NCBI RefSeq assembly: GCF_016127575.1
Contig: NZ_CP066018.1
Span: 2,220,001 to 2,252,000 of the forward strand
Source of the DNA: Cupriavidus necator
GTDB taxonomy: Bacteria > Pseudomonadota > Gammaproteobacteria > Burkholderiales > Burkholderiaceae
DNA length: 32,000 bases
Reading direction: 5' to 3'
Position numbers and translations under genes: made by a program. Within the stretch, counting starts at the first letter, position 1, and each line of letters opens with the position of its first letter. Of the stretch, positions 11,493 to 20,014 are shown one piece after another. The notes beneath the pieces are model-generated. The model saw only the letters and a list, made by a program, of their open reading frames with translations. It had not been told where the DNA came from and did not search any database.

Positions 11493-11584
11493 GGGCGGCG
11501 ATTTTACCTTAAGGCGAGAGGTCGGGCGGGCAGGCAGGCAGGCGCCGGGGCCGCATTGGGTGCGGTATGGGCGCCGATCCGGCG

Positions 11585-12292
11585 CTAATCCCGGAATTCA
11601 GCAAACATTTCACGCAGCAGCGGCAGCGTCACCGGCCGCTTGCGTTCCAGCGAGTAGGTGTCGAGCGCGTCCAGCAGCGCCATCAGGCTTGGCATGTCGC
11701 GGTAATGCCGCGTCACCAGCCAGTGCGTAATCTCCGGCGACAGCTGCAGGCCGCGCTCGCGTGCCGCATGCAGCACAGCGGCCTTCTTGTCGTCGTCCGA
11801 CAGCGGCGCGACCTGGTACACCAGGCCCCAGCCCAGGCGCGTGCGCAGGTCTTCGCGCACCGGCATCGCGCGCGGGGCCAGGCCGCCGGCCACCACCAGC
11901 GCGGTGCGCACGTGGGCGCGCACCTCGTTGTAGAGCGAAAACACCGCGATCTGGCGCGCTTCATCCAGCAGCTCGACGTCATCGACGGTGTAGAGCTGGC
12001 ACCACGGGTCGAACAGGAAGTCCGACAGCGGGTGGTGTGGGCTCAGGTAGCGGCTGCGGATGCCGTGCTGCGGCCCGGCCTCACATAGCGCGTGCAGCAG
12101 GTGGGTACGGCCGCAGCCGACCTCGCCCCACAGGTAGACCAGCCGGTCGCTGGCGTGCTCCTGGGCGAGCGCGGCGGGCAGTTCGCGCAGGCGCTGCACC
12201 GCTTCGCGGTTGGATGCCACCACGAAATTCTCGAAGGTCGAAGGCGGCGGGCTGCCCAGCTCGAGCGACAGTTGCTTGGGACGCGGGGACAT
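11585..12292 (-). CDS. hda: DnaA regulatory inactivator Hda
   Basis: 235 aa with QLSLELG...FENFV at the N-terminus, Walker A-like GEVGCGRTHLL and a DnaA-type AAA+ box (DDVELL). Confidence 0.9.
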   Translation of the reverse strand: MSPRPKQLSLELGSPPPSTFENFVVASNREAVQRLRELPAALAQEHASDRLVYLWGEVGCGRTHLLHALCEAGPQHGIRSRYLSPHHPLSDFLFDPWCQLYTVDDVELLDEARQIAVFSLYNEVRAHVRTALVVAGGLAPRAMPVREDLRTRLGWGLVYQVAPLSDDDKKAAVLHAARERGLQLSPEITHWLVTRHYRDMPSLMALLDALDTYSLERKRPVTLPLLREMFAEFRD

Positions 12293-12336
12293 GACGTATG
12301 GCTAACTTGCGGGTGTGGGCAGCAGTGGGGCAGCCG

Positions 12337-13410
12337 TTATTTTCGGTACAGGTCGCTGGCCAGGTAAACCCGCCGCAGCTGCCGCGCACCGACCAGCAGC
12401 ACGGCACAGGTCGGCAGCGCCAGCAGCACGCCGAAGAAGCCGAACAGCTGGCCGAAGGCGAGCAGCGCGAAGATCACCACCAGCGGGTGCAGGCCGATGC
12501 GTTCGCCCACCAGGCGCGGGGTCAGGTAAAAGCTCTCGATAAACTGGCCGAAGCCGTAGACCACCGCCACCGCGGCCAGCCCGTACCAGTTGCCGAACTG
12601 CAGCAGCGCGGCCAGGATCGCCATGACCAGCCCGACACCAAAGCCAATATACGGGATAAACACCGCCAGTCCCGTGAAGACCCCGACCGGCACGCCGATA
12701 TCGAAGCCGGCGATGGTCAGACCGATCGAGTAGATCGCCGCCAGGATCACCATCACCAGGATCTGGCCGCGCAGGTATTGCGACAGCAGCGCGTCGGTCT
12801 CGTTGGTCAGTTCGCGCACCTTGGGCACCCAGCGGCGCGGCACCACGCCCTCGATGCGGCGCATCACCATGTGCCAGTCCATCATCAGGTAGAACATGAC
12901 GATGGGCACGATAAAGACGATGCCGGCCACCGTGATCAGCGCCGAGCCCGACATCTTGACGTAGTTCAGCAACACCACCAGCAGGTCTTCCGGGCTGGCC
13001 GAGAAGCGGTCCGACAGCATGTTGCGCAGGCCCGGGAAGTCAAAGCGGATGCGCACGCCGAACTCCGCCAGCCGGGGCGAGACCACGGAGTTGAGCTTCT
13101 TCAGCAGGATCGGCAACTGTTCGCGGATCTGCGGGATCTCGCGTTGCAGCACCGCGATTGCCAGCAGTACCAGCATCACGCAGATCACCGTCAGCAGCAG
13201 GATCATCAGCGTCACGCCGACTGCGCGCGGCACCCGGCGGCGCTGCAGCCAGTCCACGCCCGGGTTCAGGACATAGGCGAAGATGAACGCGAACAGGAAC
13301 GGCGTCAGCACCGGCGCCAGCGCGATGATGGCGGCGAACAGCGCGACGGCCACGACGACCCAGAGCAGGATACGCTTGGCCTCTTGGTTCAACAGCGGGG
13401 CATTCATCAA
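12337..13410 (-). CDS. AI-2E family transporter (PerM/YhhT-like permease)
   Basis: 357-aa polytopic membrane protein with the typical AI-2E layout. It is divergent from purM, the same perM/purM/hda neighbourhood seen in enterobacteria. Confidence 0.85.
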   Translation of the reverse strand: MMNAPLLNQEAKRILLWVVVAVALFAAIIALAPVLTPFLFAFIFAYVLNPGVDWLQRRRVPRAVGVTLMILLLTVICVMLVLLAIAVLQREIPQIREQLPILLKKLNSVVSPRLAEFGVRIRFDFPGLRNMLSDRFSASPEDLLVVLLNYVKMSGSALITVAGIVFIVPIVMFYLMMDWHMVMRRIEGVVPRRWVPKVRELTNETDALLSQYLRGQILVMVILAAIYSIGLTIAGFDIGVPVGVFTGLAVFIPYIGFGVGLVMAILAALLQFGNWYGLAAVAVVYGFGQFIESFYLTPRLVGERIGLHPLVVIFALLAFGQLFGFFGVLLALPTCAVLLVGARQLRRVYLASDLYRK

Positions 13411-13601
13411 TAGTTGGGAAGGACGGGCGACTGCGCCGTTTGCGGCGGAATCTCGCCGGAAACTGGAAGCGGGGGGCCTCTATCCGTTAAAATTGCAATT
13501 CTACTGGACTCGCGCCCGCGTTCCGATGCCAAGCAACGGAAGCCGCGGTGGCCCGAGCGCCGGATTCCTCACTTTATTTCCTCCAGGACAAGCAGGTTCC
13601 C

Positions 13602-14654
13602 ATGAGCGCATCCCCGACCGCCGGCCAGGCAGGCCTTTCCTACCGCGACGCCGGTGTTGATATCGATGCCGGCGACGCACTGGTCGACCGCATCAAGCCG
13701 TTTGCCAAGCGCACCATGCGCGAAGGCGTGATGGCGGGCATCGGCGGGTTCGGTGCGCTGTTCGAACTGTCGAAGAAGTTCCAGGAGCCGGTGCTGGTAT
13801 CGGGCACCGACGGCGTGGGCACCAAGCTCAAGCTTGCGTTCCAGCTCAACCGCCATGACACCGTCGGCCAGGACCTGGTCGCCATGAGCGTCAACGACAT
13901 CCTGGTGCAGGGTGCCGAGCCGTTGTTCTTCCTCGACTACTTCGCCTGCGGCAAGCTGGACGTGGACACCGCCGCCACCGTGATCCAGGGCATCGCCCGC
14001 GGTTGCGAACTGGCCGGCTGCGCCCTGATCGGCGGCGAAACCGCCGAAATGCCCAGCATGTACCCGGACGGCGAATACGACCTGGCCGGCTTTGCCGTCG
14101 GTGCGGTCGAAAAGAAGAAGATCATCGACGGCAGCACCATCACCCCGGGCGACGTGGTGCTGGGCCTGGCTTCGTCGGGCGCGCACTCCAACGGTTACTC
14201 GCTGGTGCGCAAGATCATCGAAGTGGCCAGGCCGGACCTGAACGCCGACTTCCACGGCCAGCGCCTGCAGGACGCGATCATGGCGCCGACGCGCATCTAC
14301 GTGAAGCCGCTGCTGTCGCTGATCGAAACCCTGCCGGTCAAGGGCATGGCCCATATCACCGGCGGCGGCCTGACCGAGAATGTGCCGCGCGTGCTGGCGC
14401 AGGACGTCACCGCCGTGCTCAAGCGCGATGCCTGGACGCTGCCGCCGCTGTTCCAGTGGCTGCAGGCGCAGGGCCGCGTGGCCGACGACGAAATGCACCG
14501 CGTGTTCAACTGCGGCATCGGCATGGTCGTGATCGTGGCCAAGGAAGACGCTGAACGCGCCATCCGCCACCTGCAAGCGGCCGGCGAGGCCGTGTGGCAG
14601 ATCGGTGAGATCCGCGAACGCGCCGAGGGCGAGGCGCAGACCATCGTGGTCTGA
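13602..14654 (+). CDS. purM: phosphoribosylformylglycinamidine cyclo-ligase (AIR synthetase)
   Basis: 350 aa from ATG 13602: [24 protein letters not shown]..., [27 protein letters not shown]. The track start at 13548 is an upstream extension. Confidence 0.95.
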   Translation: MSASPTAGQAGLSYRDAGVDIDAGDALVDRIKPFAKRTMREGVMAGIGGFGALFELSKKFQEPVLVSGTDGVGTKLKLAFQLNRHDTVGQDLVAMSVNDILVQGAEPLFFLDYFACGKLDVDTAATVIQGIARGCELAGCALIGGETAEMPSMYPDGEYDLAGFAVGAVEKKKIIDGSTITPGDVVLGLASSGAHSNGYSLVRKIIEVARPDLNADFHGQRLQDAIMAPTRIYVKPLLSLIETLPVKGMAHITGGGLTENVPRVLAQDVTAVLKRDAWTLPPLFQWLQAQGRVADDEMHRVFNCGIGMVVIVAKEDAERAIRHLQAAGEAVWQIGEIRERAEGEAQTIVV

Positions 14655-14681
14655 CGACACCGAAGCCTTCCGGCAAGAACG

Positions 14682-14713
14682 GCGCATGCCTTAGGGCATG
14701 CGCTTTTTTTTTT
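14682..14713 (+). terminator. rho-independent terminator after purM
   Basis: GCGCATGCC (14682-14690), TTAG loop, GGCATGCGC (14695-14703), then a run of 10 T (14704-14713). Confidence 0.85.
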
Positions 14714-14853
14714 CGTCCTGCGTACGGCTCATAAGGGTTTACCCAAAGGCTCACACCCGCTTTGTGCCCTGCGCTGGCCGAGTCCCGTTTTCGTGCATCG
14801 CACCAAAATCCAGCATGCATCTGCACCAAGTCTGATAAACAATATTTTGCTTG

Positions 14854-14882
14854 ATTGTATGGCGGTTTATCGCCTAATGTAC
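14854..14882 (+). promoter_or_regulatory. candidate GntR operator overlapping a sigma70-like promoter of the MFS-hydantoinase operon
   Basis: ATTGTATGGCGGTTTATCGCCTAATGTAC shares 21 of 29 positions with 20800-20828, including an identical 12-mer ATTGTATGGCGG and a second TGTA half-site at the same spacing. It overlaps TTGATT (14851-14856)-N18-TAATGT (14875-14880), inside an unusually AT-rich stretch 110 nt upstream of the MFS ATG. Confidence 0.45.
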
Positions 14883-14991
14883 TGAGCAAAGACGCAGCAC
14901 ACGTATGCCGCGTCCGGAGACAACGCCTCCGCGCGATGCCGGCAACCACCGGCGGCGCTGGGGGCAGGCCAGGACCATTGGAGGATCCACC

Positions 14992-16320
14992 ATGCAAGCA
15001 GTCAGCATCGACGCAGCGGCAAAAGGCGCGTCGGCCCAGAAGCAGTCCGTCGCGCGCGTCGCGGGGGCCAGCCTCGCCGGCACCACGCTCGAGTTCTACG
15101 ACCACTTCATCTACGGATCGGCCGCCGCGCTGGTCTTCCCCAAGCTGTTCTTCCCGCAGAGCGACCCGCTGACCGCGACGCTGCTGTCCTTTGCCAGCTA
15201 CGGCGTTGCCTTCGTGGCGCGGCCGCTGGGCGCGGCGATCTTCGGCCACTTCGGCGACAAGATGGGGCGCAAGTCCATCCTGATCATTACGCTGCTGATG
15301 ATGGGCCTGGCCACCTTCGGTATCGGCCTGCTGCCGACCTATGCCGCCGCGGGCGCGCTGGCGCCGGTGCTGCTGGTGCTGCTGCGCGTGGTGCAGGGCC
15401 TGGCGCTGGGCGGCGAATGGGGCGGGGCGGCGATCATGGTCAACGAGCTCGACCCTGAAGGGAAAAGGCGCGGCATCCTCGGCAGCCTGGTGCAGCTCGC
15501 CGCGCCGATCGGCCTGCTGCTTGCCAACGGCGTATTCGCGCTGGTGACCTGGCAGGTCTCGGAAGAAGCCTTCCTGAGCTGGGGCTGGCGCGTGCCGTTC
15601 CTGCTGTCGGCGCTGCTGGTGGGCGTTGGGCTCTACATCCGCTCCAACGTGCGTGAGTCCGGCATGTTCGAGAAGCTGGAGGAATCCCACGCCGAAGCGC
15701 GCGCGCCGATCATGGAAGTGCTGCGCAACTACAAGAAGCAGCTGCTGATCGCCTTTGGCGCGCGGCTGGGCGGCGATATCGCCTTCTACGTGTTCACGCT
15801 GTTCCTGCTGTACTTCGTGCCGACCAAGCTGGGCCTGCCCAAGAGCATCGCGCTCAATGCCGTGCTGCTGGGTGCGGTGGCGCAGATCCTGTTCATCCCG
15901 GTGGCCGGTTACCTGGCCGACCGCATCGGGCGTCGCCCGGTGCTGATGATCGGCGGCATCGGCGGTGCGGTGTGGGCCTTTGTCTTCTTCACGCTGGTCA
16001 AGACCGGCAGCCCGGCTTTGATCATGCTGGCCTCGTTCGTCGGCATGGTGCTGGTGTCGTTCATGTTCTCGCCGCTGGCGTCGTTCCTGCCGGAGCTGTT
16101 CGCCACCCGGGTGCGCGTGACCGGTGCCTCGCTCGGCTTCCAGTTCGCCGGTGTGTTCGGCGGCGCGCTGGCCCCGCTGATCGCGGTGGGCCTGCTCGAC
16201 CGCTTCGGCAGCACCGCGCCCGTTGCGCTGTACCTGGCGGCGGTGTGCGCGCTGATCGCAATCGCCGCGGCGGCCGCGCGGGAAACCAATCGCATGCACC
16301 TGTCCGACGCGGACCGCTGA
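14992..16320 (+). CDS. MFS transporter, metabolite:H+ symporter (MHS) family
   Basis: 442 aa from ATG 14992, with RBS GGAGGA at 14979-14984. The N-terminus LEFYDHFIYGSAAALVFPKLFF and the motifs GHFGDKMGRK / GYLADRIGRRP are typical of the KgtP/ProP/ShiA-type MHS family. It has 12 predicted TM stretches. Confidence 0.88.
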   Translation: MQAVSIDAAAKGASAQKQSVARVAGASLAGTTLEFYDHFIYGSAAALVFPKLFFPQSDPLTATLLSFASYGVAFVARPLGAAIFGHFGDKMGRKSILIITLLMMGLATFGIGLLPTYAAAGALAPVLLVLLRVVQGLALGGEWGGAAIMVNELDPEGKRRGILGSLVQLAAPIGLLLANGVFALVTWQVSEEAFLSWGWRVPFLLSALLVGVGLYIRSNVRESGMFEKLEESHAEARAPIMEVLRNYKKQLLIAFGARLGGDIAFYVFTLFLLYFVPTKLGLPKSIALNAVLLGAVAQILFIPVAGYLADRIGRRPVLMIGGIGGAVWAFVFFTLVKTGSPALIMLASFVGMVLVSFMFSPLASFLPELFATRVRVTGASLGFQFAGVFGGALAPLIAVGLLDRFGSTAPVALYLAAVCALIAIAAAAARETNRMHLSDADR

Positions 16321-16368
16321 ATGCGGACCACGGTGAGCGGCAGTAACAATCTTCTCGTGAGCAGTATC

Positions 16369-17805
16369 GTGAAACAGTTCGACCTGATCATCCGCAACGG
16401 CACCGTCGTGACCGCCAGCGACACCATGCAGTGCGATATCGGCATCGCCGGCGGGCGCATCGTACAGCTCGGCCACGACCTGGGCGAGGCCGCGCAGACC
16501 ATCGACGCCAGCGGCAAGCTGGTCTTGCCGGGCGGCGTCGATGCGCACTGCCACCTGGACCAGCCGATGCCGGACGGCCTCAGGATGGCTGACGACTTCG
16601 GCACCGGCTCGGTGTCGGCGGCCTGCGGCGGAACCACTACCGTGATCCCGTTCGCCGCGCAGGAGAAGGGCCATTCGCTGCGCGCCGCGGTGAACGACTA
16701 CCACCAGCGCGCCGATGGCAAGGCTGTGGTCGACTACGCCTTCCACCTGATCGTGGCCGATCCTACCGAGGCGGTGCTGCAGGACGAACTGCCGGGGCTG
16801 ATCCGCGAGGGCTATTCGTCGTTCAAGGTCTACATGACCTACGACGACCTCAAGCTGAACGACCGCGAGATCCTTGAGGTGCTGTCGGTGGCGCGCCAGG
16901 AGGGCGCGCTGGTGATGGTGCACGCCGAGAATTCGGACTGCATCGCCTGGCTGACCGAGAAGCTGGAAGCGGCGGGCAACACCGCGCCGAAGTTTCACGC
17001 GCTGGCCCGGCCGATGGCGATCGAGCGCGAGGCCACGCACCGCGCCATCACGTTCTCGGAGCTGGTCGACGTGCCGATCCTGATCGTCCATGTATCGGGC
17101 AAGGAAGCGGTGGAGCAGATCCGCTGGGCGCGCAACCGCGGTATGAAGATCTTTGCCGAGACCTGCCCGCAGTACCTGTTCCTGACTGCCGAAGACCTCG
17201 ACCAGCCCGGCTACCACGGCGCCAAGTGCGTGTGCAGCCCGCCGCCGCGCGACCGCAGCAACCAGGAAGTGATCTGGGACGGCCTGGCCGACGGCCTCTT
17301 CACCATTTTCTCGTCCGACCATGCACCGTTCCGCTACGAAGACGCGCAGGGCAAGAAGCCTGGCGGCAAGGAAGTCCCGTTCCAGTACATCCCCAACGGC
17401 ATCCCCGGCCTGGAAACGCGGCTGCCGCTGCTGTTCTCGGCTGGCGTGGTGGGCGGCCGCATCTCGGTCAACCAGTTCGTCGCGCTGACCTCGACCAACC
17501 CCGCCAAGCTCTACGGCCTGCATCCGCGCAAGGGCACCATTGCCATCGGCGCCGATGCCGACCTGGCGATCTGGGATCCGCAGCGTGAAGTGACGATCCG
17601 CAACGCCGACCTGCATCATGCTGTCGACTACACCCCGTATGAAGGCCTGCGCGTGACCGGCTGGCCGGTGACCACGCTGGTGCGCGGCAAGGTGGTGGCG
17701 CATGAGGGCGAGGTGCTGGCCGAGGCCGGCCACGGCCAGTTCCTGCCGTGCGGCCTGCCGGAGATGGCCAGGCCGCGCTATCGCACCTCGGGCGGCAGCC
17801 TGTGA
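16369..17805 (+). CDS. D-hydantoinase / dihydropyrimidinase (cyclic amidohydrolase)
   Basis: All catalytic elements are present: HxH (GVDAHCHL), carboxylated-Lys context (SFKVYMTY), VHAEN, LIVHVS and SSDHAPF. GTG 16369 gives MKQFDLIIRNGTVV, the usual N-terminus. ATG 16321, immediately after the MFS stop, is the alternative start. Confidence 0.88.
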   Translation: MKQFDLIIRNGTVVTASDTMQCDIGIAGGRIVQLGHDLGEAAQTIDASGKLVLPGGVDAHCHLDQPMPDGLRMADDFGTGSVSAACGGTTTVIPFAAQEKGHSLRAAVNDYHQRADGKAVVDYAFHLIVADPTEAVLQDELPGLIREGYSSFKVYMTYDDLKLNDREILEVLSVARQEGALVMVHAENSDCIAWLTEKLEAAGNTAPKFHALARPMAIEREATHRAITFSELVDVPILIVHVSGKEAVEQIRWARNRGMKIFAETCPQYLFLTAEDLDQPGYHGAKCVCSPPPRDRSNQEVIWDGLADGLFTIFSSDHAPFRYEDAQGKKPGGKEVPFQYIPNGIPGLETRLPLLFSAGVVGGRISVNQFVALTSTNPAKLYGLHPRKGTIAIGADADLAIWDPQREVTIRNADLHHAVDYTPYEGLRVTGWPVTTLVRGKVVAHEGEVLAEAGHGQFLPCGLPEMARPRYRTSGGSL

Positions 17806-17842
17806 CGGCAGCCTTGCCAATGCTTTGACTGAAACGACTGAC

Positions 17843-19237
17843 ATGGAACTGACCAACCGCCTGGACGCCACCACTATCGCGGCCCGCGTCGCCGCGGGCC
17901 GCCTCGATCCCGCCGAGGTGGTCGCCGCCTTCCAGGCTCGCATCGCGGCGCGCAATGACCAGCTCAACGCCGTGTTCGAGCAGCGCCAGGAGCTGGTCGA
18001 TGCCGACCTGGCGCAGCTGCGCGCGCGCCTGGCGCAGGGCGAGCGCCCGCTGCTGGCGGGCGTGCCGGTGATCGTCAAGGACGTGATCTGGAGCCAGGGC
18101 CGCCGCGTCACGCAGGGTTCGCAGCTGTATCGCGACTTCATTGCGCCCGCCGACGCGATCGCGGTCGAGCGCCTGCGCCAGGCCGGCGCGATCGTGCTCG
18201 GCATGGGCAATACCTCGGAGTTCGCCTGCAAGGGCCTGACCACCAACAAGGTCTACGGGCTGACGCGCCATCCGCTCGATGCCACGCTGACCGCGGGCGG
18301 CTCGTCTGGCGGCTGCGCGGTGGCGGTGGCGGCCGGCATGGCGCCGCTGGCGCTGGGCACCGACGGCGGCGGTTCCAGCCGGCGCCCGCCCGCGCATGCC
18401 GGCGTGGTCGGCTTCAAGCCTTCCTACGGCGCGATTCCCGATTCGGTCGGCTTTCCCCATGCCTTCAACGGCATCCAGGTGATTGCGCCGATCACGCGCA
18501 CGGTGGCCGATGCCGAGCTGATGTTCGAGGCGTTGGCCGGCGCCGATCCGCGCGATCCCGATACGCTGGGCTTCTCGCTTGGCGCCGCGCGCCCGCTGCA
18601 TACGCTGAAGATCGCGGTCAGCCCGCGCCTGGGCCTGGACACGCCGGTCGACGACGATGTCGCGCAGGCCTTCGAGCAGGCCGTGGCCCGGCTGCAGGGC
18701 GCGGGCCTGACCATCGAGCGTGCCGACCCGGCCTGGCCAAAGGGCGCCGACGAGGCCGCGCTGATGCCGCTGCAGCATGTCGGCCTGGCCAATCTCTACG
18801 GCGAGGCCTGGCGCCGCGACCCGGAGCTGTTCGATCCCGACGTGGCGCGCCAGATCGAGCGCGGGCTGGCCTGGAGCGGCGCCGACGTGGCGCGCGCGCG
18901 CGAAGCCAGCCACCAGATCGCGCTGGCCGTGGCCGGGTTCTTTACCCGCTATGACCTGCTGCTGTGCCCGACCACCCCGTGCGTGGCGTGGCGCAACGAC
19001 CGGCTCGGGCCGGAGCGGATCGGCGGCGTGGCGGTGGAGCCGCGCGCCCATGCGGTGTTCACGCCCTTCTTCAATCATGCGCTGGCGCCGGCCATTTCGG
19101 TGCCCTGCGGCCATGGCCGCGACGGGCTGCCGGCGGGCCTGCAGATCGCCGGCCCGCGCGGTGCCGACCGCAACGTGCTGGCCGCGGCCAGGCTGGCCGA
19201 AAGCGTGCTGGCGCCGCTGCTCAACCCTGCCGGATAA
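17843..19237 (+). CDS. amidase-signature (AS) family amidase
   Basis: 464 aa from ATG 17843, with PVIVKDVI (catalytic Lys context), GGSSGG and GTDGGGSSRRPPAH (Ser-cisSer-Lys triad region). The track start at 17702 overlaps the hydantoinase. Confidence 0.88.
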   Translation: MELTNRLDATTIAARVAAGRLDPAEVVAAFQARIAARNDQLNAVFEQRQELVDADLAQLRARLAQGERPLLAGVPVIVKDVIWSQGRRVTQGSQLYRDFIAPADAIAVERLRQAGAIVLGMGNTSEFACKGLTTNKVYGLTRHPLDATLTAGGSSGGCAVAVAAGMAPLALGTDGGGSSRRPPAHAGVVGFKPSYGAIPDSVGFPHAFNGIQVIAPITRTVADAELMFEALAGADPRDPDTLGFSLGAARPLHTLKIAVSPRLGLDTPVDDDVAQAFEQAVARLQGAGLTIERADPAWPKGADEAALMPLQHVGLANLYGEAWRRDPELFDPDVARQIERGLAWSGADVARAREASHQIALAVAGFFTRYDLLLCPTTPCVAWRNDRLGPERIGGVAVEPRAHAVFTPFFNHALAPAISVPCGHGRDGLPAGLQIAGPRGADRNVLAAARLAESVLAPLLNPAG

Positions 19238-19242
19238 CCGTC

Positions 19243-19986
19243 ATGCGAATCCTTGTCCTGAATCCCAATACCAGCGAAGGCATCACCGCGCGGCTGATGG
19301 CGGCGGCCACCGAGGCCGCGGCCCCCGGCACCGAGCTGGTGCCGCTGACCGCCAGCCGCGGCGTGCCCTATATCGCCACGCGCGCCGAGGCGCAGATCGG
19401 CGGCGCCATCGCGCTGGAGATGCTGGCCGAGCACCATGGCCAGTTCGACGCGGCCATCATCGCGGCCTTCGGCGACCCCGGCCTGATGGGCGCGCGCGAA
19501 CTGTTCGACCTGCCGGTGGTGGGCATGGCCGAGGCGGCGATGCTGTCGGCCTGCATGCTGGGCCGGCGCTTTGCCATCGTGACCTTTGCGCGGGCGCTGG
19601 GGCCCTGGTATGAGGAGTGCGTGGACATGCATGGCCTGCGCAGCCGGCTGGCCGGCATCCGCATGCTGGACGGCAGCTTTGCCTCGGTGTCGGACGTCCA
19701 GGAAGAGAAGGAAGCCGTGCTGGTGGAACTGGCCAACCGCGCCGTGGCGGAGGATGAAGCCGATGTGGTGATCCTGGCCGGCGCGCCGCTGGCCGGCCTG
19801 GCCGCGCGCGTGCGCGACCGCATTCCGGTGCCGGTGGTCGACCAGATGGCCGCCGCCGTCAAGCAGGCCGAGGCGCTGGTCGCGCTGCAGCCGCGCAAGG
19901 CCACCGCGGGCACGTTCCGCCGCCCGGATGCCAAGCCCACGCTGGGTTTGCCCGCGGCGCTGGCAGCGCGCATCGAGCACCGCTAA
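19243..19986 (+). CDS. Asp/Glu/hydantoin racemase family protein (HyuE/Dcg1-like), apparently lacking both catalytic cysteines
   Basis: 247 aa from ATG 19243, 5 nt after the amidase stop. MRILVLNPNTSEG..., AAFGDPGL and VVILAGAPLAG match the family fold motifs. The positions normally occupied by Cys (AC[FW]GDPG and LGCAGM, as I recall them) are Ala75 and Gly180. Confidence 0.8.
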   Translation: MRILVLNPNTSEGITARLMAAATEAAAPGTELVPLTASRGVPYIATRAEAQIGGAIALEMLAEHHGQFDAAIIAAFGDPGLMGARELFDLPVVGMAEAAMLSACMLGRRFAIVTFARALGPWYEECVDMHGLRSRLAGIRMLDGSFASVSDVQEEKEAVLVELANRAVAEDEADVVILAGAPLAGLAARVRDRIPVPVVDQMAAAVKQAEALVALQPRKATAGTFRRPDAKPTLGLPAALAARIEHR

Positions 19987-20014
19987 GCCACTTCGCCGCC
20001 GATGACGCCGCGGC

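Noticed and set aside
11529-11543. (GGCA)n microsatellite in the hda-HAD spacer
   Set aside because: There are only about three and a half units, which is too short to support phase variation or any other function.
12298-13413. 371-aa plus-strand ORF antisense to the AI-2E permease
   Set aside because: The translation is extremely biased toward His/Gln/Arg/Asp. It mirrors the hydrophobic codons of the membrane protein on the other strand.
14506-18249. 1247-aa minus-strand ORF spanning the purM end, MFS, hydantoinase and amidase start
   Set aside because: It is antisense to four well-supported genes and even crosses an intergenic terminator. It is low-complexity and has no motifs, so it is a GC-bias artefact.
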